Shown: positions 19,790 to 28,391 of the stretch, piece after piece | How positions within the stretch are numbered: position 1 is the first letter of the stretch | Layout: each line of letters starts with the position of its first letter | Source of the DNA: an uncultured Methanosarcinales archaeon | Lineage (GTDB): Archaea; Nanobdellota; Nanobdellia; Woesearchaeales; CAYMBN01 | Assembly: GCA_964388715.1 (NCBI GenBank) | Contig: CAYMBN010000006.1 | Coordinates: forward strand, 1 to 64,000 | DNA length: 64,000 nucleotides | Direction: 5' to 3' | Notes under the pieces: model-generated | Database searches by the model: none | What the model was told of the DNA's origin: nothing | Seen by the model: only the letters and a program-made list of their open reading frames with translations | Position numbers and translations under genes: made by a program

Positions 19790-19914
19790 GGGAGTGTTGC
19801 CAAGCGGCTAAATTTTCAAGGCTAGGTTTTCAAGGCTAGGGCGGTCGGCTGCAACCCGACTAATCAAGGGTTCGAGACGTTTATTCTAAAGACGCGAAAT
19901 TCCCTTCACTCCCT
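19790..19914 (+). tRNA. tRNA-Cys(GCA) with two non-canonical introns (19812-19839 in the D arm, 19877-19900 in the T loop)
   Basis: Acceptor GGGAGTG/CACTCCC + U73; anticodon arm GTCGG-CTGCAAC-CCGAC; T stem AAGGG/CCCTT; removing both BHB-bounded inserts restores a canonical cloverleaf. Confidence 0.92.
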
Positions 19915-19982
19915 TCTTAACAATGAAAGGTCAAAAAAGCAAAACTTAATAAATAATCTAAACTAAAATAGAGGTAATCAAA

Positions 19983-20903
19983 ATGCAAAAAGCGAGATTA
20001 TTACAATTGGTTGGAGGAACTCCTGTAGTTAAATTAACTAGAGTTAATAATACAAAAGCCAAAATATTTGCAAAACTTGATTCCATGAATCCAAGTGGTA
20101 GTATAAAAGATGTTATGGCATGGTACATGATGCAAAGGGCAGAAGAAAAAGGTCTTCTAAAACCTGGCCAGAGAATAATTGAAGTTACAACAGGAAATAC
20201 TGGAATAGCTTTCGCAATGTTATCTGCAATAATGGGATATAAATTTACAGCAGTTATGCCAGAACATATGTCAAAAGAAAGAATGCAAATGATGCGAGCT
20301 TTTGGTGCAGAATTGGTTTTAACATCTGAAAAAGAGGATGTTGCAGGTGCTATTAAAAAATATAATGAATTAGTTAAGAAAAATCCAAATGCATGGTTCC
20401 CAAGACAATTCCAAAACAAAGATAATGTAAGAGCACATATGGAAATAACAGGTAAAGAAATCCTTAATCAGATTTATGATAAGATTGACGCTTTTGTTGC
20501 AGGAGCAGGTACAGGTGGAACAATAATGGGTACTTCAAAAATATTAAGAAAAGCCTATCCAAATATAAAGATTGTTGCTGTTGAACCTGCTGAATCAGCT
20601 GTGTTGTCAGGGAAAGAGCCTGGACCGCATGGAATCCAAGGAATTGGTGAAGGTTTTATACCTGATCTTTTAGATCCAAAACAACTTGATGAAGTTATTG
20701 TAATCAAAACTGAAGATGCAAAGAAAATGGCTGCGCGTTTAGCAAAAGAAGAAGGGATATTATGTGGAATTAGTTCAGGTGCAAATGTGTTAGCATCATT
20801 ACAAATTGCAAAAAAACTTGGAAAAGATAAGGTTGTTGTTACTGTTATACCTGATAGAGGGGAAAGATATTTAAGTATGGATTTTTTAGGTGGTAAACAA
20901 TGA
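19983..20903 (+). CDS. cysK: cysteine synthase (O-acetylserine sulfhydrylase family, PLP)
   Basis: NPSGSIKD, TTGNTGIA, GAGTGGT, HGIQGIG.GF.P, GISSGAN, PDRGERYLS. Confidence 0.92.
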   Translation: MQKARLLQLVGGTPVVKLTRVNNTKAKIFAKLDSMNPSGSIKDVMAWYMMQRAEEKGLLKPGQRIIEVTTGNTGIAFAMLSAIMGYKFTAVMPEHMSKERMQMMRAFGAELVLTSEKEDVAGAIKKYNELVKKNPNAWFPRQFQNKDNVRAHMEITGKEILNQIYDKIDAFVAGAGTGGTIMGTSKILRKAYPNIKIVAVEPAESAVLSGKEPGPHGIQGIGEGFIPDLLDPKQLDEVIVIKTEDAKKMAARLAKEEGILCGISSGANVLASLQIAKKLGKDKVVVTVIPDRGERYLSMDFLGGKQ

Positions 20904-22303
20904 CACTAAAATTATACAATACTTTTACTAGAAAAAAGCAAGAGTTTAAACCGATTAAAAAAGGAGTTGTTCATATGTATACCTGTGGTCCTACTGTCTA
21001 TGATTATGCACATATTGGAAATTTTAGAGCTTATGTTAATTATGATATCCTAAGAAGATATCTTAAATTTAAAGGGTTTAAAGTAAAACAGGTCATGAAT
21101 ATCACAGATATAGATGATAAAACAATAAAAAAATCACAAGAAGAAGGAAAATCAATAAAAAAATTTACAGAATTCTATGAAAAAGAATTTTTAAAAGATC
21201 TAAAAGCACTTAATATAGAAATGCCTGAAATTATGCCACATGCTTCAGATCACATTAAGGAAATGGTTGAATTAATTCAAAAATTAAGCAGAAAAGGTTA
21301 CACATACGAAGCAAATGGTTCAATTTATTTTAAAATTTCAAAATTTAAAGATTATGGAAAACTAGCAAAGCTTGATATGGAAAGTCTCAAAGAAAATGCA
21401 GATGGTAGACTTGCTGATGCTGATGAATATGAAAAAGAAGATGCACGTGATTTTGTATTATGGAAAGGATATAACAAATCAGATGGAGGTGTTTTTTGGA
21501 ATCCAATAATTGGAAAAGGTAGACCTGGTTGGCATATTGAATGTTCTGTAATGTCAATGAAATATCTGGGGAAAACATTTGATATTCATACTGGTGGTAT
21601 TGATTTAATATTTCCACATCATACAAATGAGATTGCGCAATCAGAAAGTGCCACTGATGAGAAGTTTGTTAATTATTGGATACACAATGAACATTTACTT
21701 GTTAACAACAAAAAAATGAGTAAATCACTGGAAAATTATTTCACTTTAAGAGATTTGTTAAAGAAAGGGTATAAACCAATTGCTATTCGTTATCTTTTAC
21801 TTTCAGCGCATTATAGGCAAAAACTTAATTTTACATTAAAAGGTATTGAAGCAGCTGAAAAAACAGTACAAAAGTTCTATGATTTTATTGATAAGTTAAA
21901 AGAATATAAGGATGGAACAGATAATTCAAAAATTAACAACATTCTAGAAAAAACAAAATCATCTTTTGAACAAGCAATGGATGATGACTTAAACACATCA
22001 AAAGCACTAGGAATAATCTTTGACATGATGAGTGAGATTAATAAATTATTGATGAAAAAAGATATGAATAAGAAAAATGCAGAAAAAGTATTGAAGGTTA
22101 TGAAAGAGTTTGATCTTGTTCTTGGTGTTATGGAACATAAGGAAGAGAAGACTCCTAAAAAAGTTATTGATCTTATTGAGAAAAGGGAGGAAGCTCGTGA
22201 AAAAAAGGATTTTAAGATTGCTGATAAGATTCGTGAAGAGATAGGTAAGTTGGGTTATATTATTGAGGATACTAAAGAAGGAGTAAAGTGTAAGAAAAAA
22301 TGA
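20900..22303 (+). CDS. cysS: cysteinyl-tRNA synthetase
   Basis: CGPTVYD..HIGN, GRPGWHIEC, DLIFPHH.NE, KMSKS. Confidence 0.97.
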   Translation: MTLKLYNTFTRKKQEFKPIKKGVVHMYTCGPTVYDYAHIGNFRAYVNYDILRRYLKFKGFKVKQVMNITDIDDKTIKKSQEEGKSIKKFTEFYEKEFLKDLKALNIEMPEIMPHASDHIKEMVELIQKLSRKGYTYEANGSIYFKISKFKDYGKLAKLDMESLKENADGRLADADEYEKEDARDFVLWKGYNKSDGGVFWNPIIGKGRPGWHIECSVMSMKYLGKTFDIHTGGIDLIFPHHTNEIAQSESATDEKFVNYWIHNEHLLVNNKKMSKSLENYFTLRDLLKKGYKPIAIRYLLLSAHYRQKLNFTLKGIEAAEKTVQKFYDFIDKLKEYKDGTDNSKINNILEKTKSSFEQAMDDDLNTSKALGIIFDMMSEINKLLMKKDMNKKNAEKVLKVMKEFDLVLGVMEHKEEKTPKKVIDLIEKREEAREKKDFKIADKIREEIGKLGYIIEDTKEGVKCKKK

Positions 22304-22734
22304 TATTTATTGGAAGTGATCATGCTGGGTTTGAGGAAAAGGAAAGAATAAAAAAGTTTCTTATTGATAATGGTTATGAAGTAGAGGATTGTGGGCCATT
22401 AGAATATGATAAAGAAGATGATTATCCTGACTTTGCATTAAAAGTTGCTGAGAAAGTTAGTGAGAGTGGTGAGAAAGGTATTTTGGTTTGTGGAACAGGA
22501 CAAGGTGTTTGTATTGCTGCAAATAAAGTTCCTGAAATAGTTGCAGCTTTGTGTTGGGATAAAGAGTCTGCGGTACATGCAAAGCAGCATCTTAATGCTA
22601 ATATTATTACTTTTTCTGCTAAGATTGGTTGTGGAGAGGAGATTGTTAAAGCTTGGTTAGATGAGAAGTTTAAAGAGCATGAAGAAAGGCATACAAGAAG
22701 ATTGAGTAAGATTAAAGAGATTGAGAAAAGATAA
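22300..22734 (+). CDS. rpiB: ribose-5-phosphate isomerase B family
   Basis: GSDHAG, DYPD, CGTGQG..IAANK, RH.RR. Confidence 0.93.
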   Translation: MIFIGSDHAGFEEKERIKKFLIDNGYEVEDCGPLEYDKEDDYPDFALKVAEKVSESGEKGILVCGTGQGVCIAANKVPEIVAALCWDKESAVHAKQHLNANIITFSAKIGCGEEIVKAWLDEKFKEHEERHTRRLSKIKEIEKR

Positions 22735-23343
22735 TTATTCTGAAAGTTTTGGTAAGTAATTTAGTTTTTTTCTAATGAAATCAAACAAATAAAGTTTTAT
22801 AGTTTCATTTTTTTCAGTTTCTCTATTAGAGTTTCCTCGAATTGTTTCAGATTCAACTGAAAGGATTGTTTCAAAAAATAATCTTAAATACTCATCACGA
22901 TAGGAATAAATAGTATCAACAATATCTAATTTTTCTTTTTCTGTAAGGAGAATACCTGGAATATAATCAATATCAAAGTGGATTTCTTCTTCAGAATAAT
23001 TGTATGGAGGTAAAAAATGAAGATTTGAAAGAATTTCCTTCTTCTGATTAGGAGTAGGATTATAAGAAAGAATGAATCTTTTTATTTCTTTTTCATTAAA
23101 GTCATAAACAACAATAAAATTAAAATCTAATTCATCAGCTCTAAATGAACTTTGATTATAATAAGAAAATTCAACTGCAGGATATTGTTTACCATCAACT
23201 GTTACATTTCTTTCACTACTAGACATTATATCTTCAAGGCAAATTTTTCTTATTGATTTAATATTAATAGCATGAACTACATCACCCAGTAAAGAAGAAG
23301 ATAATACACCAGCCGCGAGAAGTAAACATAAACTTTTACGCAT
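22735..23343 (-). CDS. hypothetical secreted protein
   Basis: N-terminal signal-peptide-like MRKSLCLLLAAGVL...VHA. Confidence 0.6.
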   Translation of the reverse strand: MRKSLCLLLAAGVLSSSLLGDVVHAINIKSIRKICLEDIMSSSERNVTVDGKQYPAVEFSYYNQSSFRADELDFNFIVVYDFNEKEIKRFILSYNPTPNQKKEILSNLHFLPPYNYSEEEIHFDIDYIPGILLTEKEKLDIVDTIYSYRDEYLRLFFETILSVESETIRGNSNRETEKNETIKLYLFDFIRKKLNYLPKLSE

Positions 23344-23354
23344 GATAACATCAC

Positions 23355-25808
23355 TTAGATCTCAATCCCTATTTGTACTAAATCAATAGAACAAGGTATG
23401 TCTACTTTATCGCCAAATTTGATTTCTTTTGCATGTGTTGTTGCTTTAAGGTCTTCTAGTGCTTGTTCAATTAATTCTTTATCTTTTTTACCACATTTAA
23501 TTGTTAAGCATTTTATTTCTTGTTTTAGTGACATCTTTTTCTCTGATTTGTACTTTCTTACTGTTGAAATTACCTCAGCTATTAAATCACCTGCTTTTTC
23601 AATGTTTTCATTAATGAATTTTTCGTTGAATTTTGGCCATTGTGAAATATGAATTGATTTATGAGCATCTTTTTCATTGAAATAAAGATGATAAATTGAT
23701 TCTGTGATGTGTGGCATGATTGGAGCAAAGAGTTTTAAAACATCTAAAACTGCTGTGTACAAAACATATTGTGCACTTTTACGTGCTTCTTTGCCACGTT
23801 TGTCTGGATTATAAAGACGGTCTTTGATTATTTCTAAATATAAGTCACATAAAGTGTGCCAGAAAAAGTTTTCTGTTTCTGACCTTGTTTTTGCATATTC
23901 ATATTTGTTAAACGTGTTTGTACTTGCCTTGATTATATTATGAAGTTTGCACAGTAACCATTGATCTACTAATTCTAATTTTTTTGGTTCTTTATTGTCA
24001 AAATCTTCAAGGTGCATAATTGCAAATTTGCTTGCATTCCAGAGTTTTGTGATTGTTTTTTGTGCTGTAACAAGATCTTTTTCTTGATAAGGTAAATCAT
24101 CACCTAATTTTGAACCAGCTGCCCAAAATCTTAAACAGTCTGCACCATATTTTTCAATAACTTCCTGTGGTTCAACAACATTACCAAGTGATTTTGACAT
24201 TTTTTTACCATGTGGATCTTGTGCATGGCCACTGATAACAACATCTTTCCATGGTTTTGCTTTATAATGTAAGTGTGATTTAACAACTGTGTTGAAAAGC
24301 CAAAATGTGATAATGTCATGTGCTTGAGGTCTTAGTGACATTGGATAAAGTTTTTTGAAAATTTTGTGATCTTTAAATAATTCAACAGCTAATCTTGGTG
24401 TTAGTGAGGAAGTTGCCCAGGTATCAAGTACATCTTTTTCAGGAACAAATTCTTTACATTTACATTTTGGACATTCTTTAACAGGAGGGTTATCTTTTAA
24501 TGGATCAACAGGTAGATCTTGTTTTTTTGCTAGAATAACTTCATCACATTTTTTACAGTACCATACTGGAAATGGTATCCCAAAAAATCTTTGCCTTGAA
24601 ATTAACCAATCCCATTGAAGACCTTTTACCCAATGATCATAACGTGATTTCATATGTTCAGGATACCAGTTAAGTTCTTTTCCCCACTTTAACATTTCAT
24701 CTTTAAGATCAAGGTATTTGATAAACCATTGTTTTGAATGTAAGAATTCTATCTCGGTTTTACAACGTTCGTGAACATTAACAGCGTGTTTAATTGGTTC
24801 TTGGCTTAGTAAAAGTCTATTATCTTTAAGATCTTCAATAATCATCTTACGTGCTGTTGCTATTGACATTCCTTTGAACTTTCCTGCTAATTCTGTCATT
24901 TTTCCATCATGTGTAATTGCTGTTTTAATAGGTAAATTATGTGCTTTTTGCCATTCCATGTCTGTTTGATCACCAAAAGTACAACACATTACAATACCAG
25001 TCCCTTTTTCAGGATCAGCACGTTCATCAGGCATGATAGGTACTTCATAATCAAACAAAGGAACTTTTGCTTTTTTTCCTTTTAATTTTTGGTAACGTTT
25101 ATCCTCAGGATGGTAAAATACTGCAACACATGCAGGCAATAATTCTGGACGTGTTGTTGCAATTATGAGATCTTGTTCTTTTTTATCTGTTTTTACTTTG
25201 AATATAATGTCATTAAAAAAAGAGTCAAGTTCTTTATCTTCACATTCAACTTGTGAAATACCTGTTTGACATTCAGGACACCACATACATGGTGCTTCTT
25301 TTCTATATTCACGGCCTATTTCATAGAGTTCAATAAATGATCTTTGTGATATTGCTTGACAATGTGGATTTATTGTATCATAAAAAATACTCCATTCACA
25401 ACTCATACCAATACGTTTCCAATCTGCTATATATTTTGGTCTTAATTCCTTATCAAGTGTTTCAAGACATAGTTTAACAAATTCTTGTCTATCCATGTCA
25501 TGTGCTTTAACACCTTTCATTTGTTCAATTAAACGTTCTGTTGCTACACCATTGTTGTCGGTACCAAAAGGATAGAAAATGTTTTTGCCAAGCATTCTTT
25601 GAAATCTAACAATGAAATCTTGTTGAGCATATGAAAATGCGTGACCTATGTGCATCTTACCACTTACAGTTGGGGGTGGTGTGTCAATTGAGTAAATTTC
25701 AGCATCTGAATCTGGGTCAAATTTGAATATTTCTTTATCTTCCCAATATTTTTCCCATTTAAGTTCTTCTTCTTTGAAATTATAATGTTTTGGTAGTTCT
25801 TTTCCCAT
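23355..25808 (-). CDS. valS: valyl-tRNA synthetase, archaeal type
   Basis: DTPPPTVSG.MHIGH, DWLISRQR.FG, DTWATSS, RPQAHDII, KMSKS. Confidence 0.96.
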   Translation of the reverse strand: MGKELPKHYNFKEEELKWEKYWEDKEIFKFDPDSDAEIYSIDTPPPTVSGKMHIGHAFSYAQQDFIVRFQRMLGKNIFYPFGTDNNGVATERLIEQMKGVKAHDMDRQEFVKLCLETLDKELRPKYIADWKRIGMSCEWSIFYDTINPHCQAISQRSFIELYEIGREYRKEAPCMWCPECQTGISQVECEDKELDSFFNDIIFKVKTDKKEQDLIIATTRPELLPACVAVFYHPEDKRYQKLKGKKAKVPLFDYEVPIMPDERADPEKGTGIVMCCTFGDQTDMEWQKAHNLPIKTAITHDGKMTELAGKFKGMSIATARKMIIEDLKDNRLLLSQEPIKHAVNVHERCKTEIEFLHSKQWFIKYLDLKDEMLKWGKELNWYPEHMKSRYDHWVKGLQWDWLISRQRFFGIPFPVWYCKKCDEVILAKKQDLPVDPLKDNPPVKECPKCKCKEFVPEKDVLDTWATSSLTPRLAVELFKDHKIFKKLYPMSLRPQAHDIITFWLFNTVVKSHLHYKAKPWKDVVISGHAQDPHGKKMSKSLGNVVEPQEVIEKYGADCLRFWAAGSKLGDDLPYQEKDLVTAQKTITKLWNASKFAIMHLEDFDNKEPKKLELVDQWLLCKLHNIIKASTNTFNKYEYAKTRSETENFFWHTLCDLYLEIIKDRLYNPDKRGKEARKSAQYVLYTAVLDVLKLFAPIMPHITESIYHLYFNEKDAHKSIHISQWPKFNEKFINENIEKAGDLIAEVISTVRKYKSEKKMSLKQEIKCLTIKCGKKDKELIEQALEDLKATTHAKEIKFGDKVDIPCSIDLVQIGIEI

Positions 25809-25859
25809 AATACACTAGAAAATCAGTTGCTTATATTTAAATGTTAAGGAAAAAAGAGA

Positions 25860-28307
25860 TTATTCTTGAAGTGCATCTTTAATGATAGTGTAAACCTTTG
25901 GGTATAGGTCTGTGTCTAGGATTTGTGTGTGGAGTGTGTCTAGTTTTGAGCATGTACCGTTAATTAGGTAGTTTTTTGCATTCTCAAGTTCTGCGTTTTG
26001 TTCAAAAACTACACCATCTCCTATTTCAGTGTCCATTATACAACCAGTACCTATTATGGAATGCATTGGGATGTCTGGTTGTTTACCTATGCTTAATTTG
26101 TTCATGAATAAACTGTCTGAATTCATGTCTCTGCATTCAAGTTTTTCACCTATAATTGGACAATAATCAGCTGTACTTCCTTGAATTCCTTTGTTAGGAG
26201 TGGCAATTGTAATTAATTTGTGAATATTATGGTTTTCAAAGATTTGCATGTATCGTCTTGCAACTAATCCACCCATACTGTGTGCAATAATTGTTACTTT
26301 TGGTTTTTTTGTTTTAAATTGGATTGTTTCAATTAATTCTTTTAATCTTAATGCATAGGTGTTTATGTTCTCACTTTTTGTTTGTACAACTATATAGTTT
26401 TCTGGTTGTTTGAAAATGTCAAAATAGTAGCTTGCTTTGATTGTTACTGGTACATTTGGTAAACCCCATATGCCTGGTGTGTCAAAACCTGTGTAAAGTG
26501 AGATTGCTCCTGCATTAAGGTATCCATCTTGTTCAAGTTTTCTTTGGATTTTGTTAAATGCATCTAAACTGTAGTCTGCTGAAGTGTCTTTGTTGAATGC
26601 GTGGCCGTGTATGAATACTATAGGAAACATTTTTGGGTTATTGTGGCATTTATCAGTTGTGCAACATTCTTTACATTCACTGAAAACACAACAAATTGGT
26701 TGAGGATTTTTGAATGTGATGTTAAGTGGGATTGAAGTGCTTTTTTGTATGGTGATTTTGTTGGTTTGGATATTCTGGATGTCTAATGTGTTTATTATTT
26801 TACAGGCTTTTGGTTGGTTTTCAATTAGTTTTGTTGTTAATATTGGGGATAGGTTGTATTGAGAGTAATTGCCTGTTGTAGCTAGTGGTTTTTGTGTTAA
26901 TATTTCTTTAATTAATTCTGTATTTTGAGAATTTCCAGGAACTTGAGTTAGATAATTGTTGATTATATTCTGTTTTAGATTATTGAATTTTAGAGAAATG
27001 TTATCTGAAAATACTGTTGTGTTTGGATAGTTTTGAGCAGAAGAAATATTTTGAATTGAAATGTTTAATTCTTTGTACAGGTTTCTTAGGTTGTTTATTT
27101 TAGAGCAAGTTTGATTTAATTCAAAGGTTGTTTGATCTGAATGTTCTTGTATTGATGGATGTTGGATACAATTGCCTGTTAAATTACAGATTAAGTCATA
27201 GTTTACGTTGAGTGAGAGTTCTTTCTCAAGAGCTTGTTTTTTTGTTACTTCTTTTATTGAGAAAGAAAGAGAAGTAATAATACTCGCTACTTCCCTTATA
27301 CTATTTTGTTTTAGAGTGAAATCATTTTTTGTTTGAAATATGCTAATTACTTGATTAAATTTTTTGATAACATCATTTATTTGTGTGATTAGGCTTTCAT
27401 TGATTGTAAATTGGTTTTTAAGTTGTGTTAGTTGATCTTTTACTGTGGTTAAATCAGTAATAAGTAAGTTGTATTGATTTATTTTGTTTGATAAATTATT
27501 GTTTAGTTCTGAAAATCGTGCTTCTATTTGGGTTATGTCTGAATTTGCTTTGTAGAATCCTTTTTCAAGTTTGAAATAATCTTGTTGATCCCATGTTTCT
27601 TGTAAATCTTTTACATTTTCTAGTAGTTTTGAAGATATGTTTTTTATTTCTAGATTTTCTTTGATTATTTGGTTTATATTGAGTGTTTGGTTTAGTTCTT
27701 GGATTGCTTGATCAATTACAACTTGCTTTCCATGAAGGTTACTTTGTCTTTTTAATAAAAAACCAATTAATTCATTGAGTTTGTTTTTTAATTCTTTTTC
27801 TGCTTCTGTTAAACTTCTATTAACAATTATAAGGATATTTCTTGTAGTTGGCACTTCACTTGTGTGACAAAGTAGTGATCTTATACTATGGCAATCCATG
27901 GAAAATTTGTATAAATCAATACCTGTTCCAATATTTGTTGATTTTATTAAATAATTTCTTTTAGAAGCTTTACCAGGGATAAGTTTGAAAGTTTCATTTT
28001 TTAGGATTTGGTTGTCATTAATGTTAGTAAAAGTTGATTCACATTGTGCTGTGCAAAAAGGGTTTGTAGTAACTTTTGCTTTAAATGTGATGTTTTCTTC
28101 TTGATTGTGGATAAGTGGGAGAATTTCCTTGTCTACTTCAAGTTTAACTATAATATCATTACCTAGAAGGAAATTAACAAAAAGGTAGATTTTTGCTCCT
28201 GAAGCTGTGAAAAGAAGAATTATTAAGAGGATTATTAAAATATAAAGAATTTTGTGTTTTTTAGAGAAAGGTATCTTTTCAACTATTTTAACCATCTTTT
28301 TTGCCAT
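25860..28307 (-). CDS. membrane-anchored protein with coiled-coil stalk and C-terminal alpha/beta hydrolase (lipase/PGAP1-like) domain
   Basis: N-terminal TM; PIVFIHG, AHSMGG nucleophile elbow, TPNKG, GDGVV, late His. Confidence 0.82.
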   Translation of the reverse strand: MAKKMVKIVEKIPFSKKHKILYILIILLIILLFTASGAKIYLFVNFLLGNDIIVKLEVDKEILPLIHNQEENITFKAKVTTNPFCTAQCESTFTNINDNQILKNETFKLIPGKASKRNYLIKSTNIGTGIDLYKFSMDCHSIRSLLCHTSEVPTTRNILIIVNRSLTEAEKELKNKLNELIGFLLKRQSNLHGKQVVIDQAIQELNQTLNINQIIKENLEIKNISSKLLENVKDLQETWDQQDYFKLEKGFYKANSDITQIEARFSELNNNLSNKINQYNLLITDLTTVKDQLTQLKNQFTINESLITQINDVIKKFNQVISIFQTKNDFTLKQNSIREVASIITSLSFSIKEVTKKQALEKELSLNVNYDLICNLTGNCIQHPSIQEHSDQTTFELNQTCSKINNLRNLYKELNISIQNISSAQNYPNTTVFSDNISLKFNNLKQNIINNYLTQVPGNSQNTELIKEILTQKPLATTGNYSQYNLSPILTTKLIENQPKACKIINTLDIQNIQTNKITIQKSTSIPLNITFKNPQPICCVFSECKECCTTDKCHNNPKMFPIVFIHGHAFNKDTSADYSLDAFNKIQRKLEQDGYLNAGAISLYTGFDTPGIWGLPNVPVTIKASYYFDIFKQPENYIVVQTKSENINTYALRLKELIETIQFKTKKPKVTIIAHSMGGLVARRYMQIFENHNIHKLITIATPNKGIQGSTADYCPIIGEKLECRDMNSDSLFMNKLSIGKQPDIPMHSIIGTGCIMDTEIGDGVVFEQNAELENAKNYLINGTCSKLDTLHTQILDTDLYPKVYTIIKDALQE

Positions 28308-28391
28308 AATGGATAGAAAGAAAAAAGAATATTTAAAAGCTTCGTAAAGATAGGGAAAAAATTAATAAATCTGTGATTTTTAAGTGTTAGT

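Noticed and set aside
19813..19840. 14-bp direct repeat as a CRISPR or att site
   Set aside because: Only two copies, no spacer, and inside a tRNA intron; no cas or integrase genes in the window
19923..19949. Micro-ORF MKGQKSKT between tRNA-Cys and cysK
   Set aside because: No Cys codons or RBS; its ATG is simply part of the inverted-repeat arm
25809..25859. Cognate-codon leader peptides before valS, glyS (upstream of 38407) and aspS
   Set aside because: Looked for but not found; these upstream regions are short promoters or an upstream gene, so the leader design is seen only for Cys and Asn here
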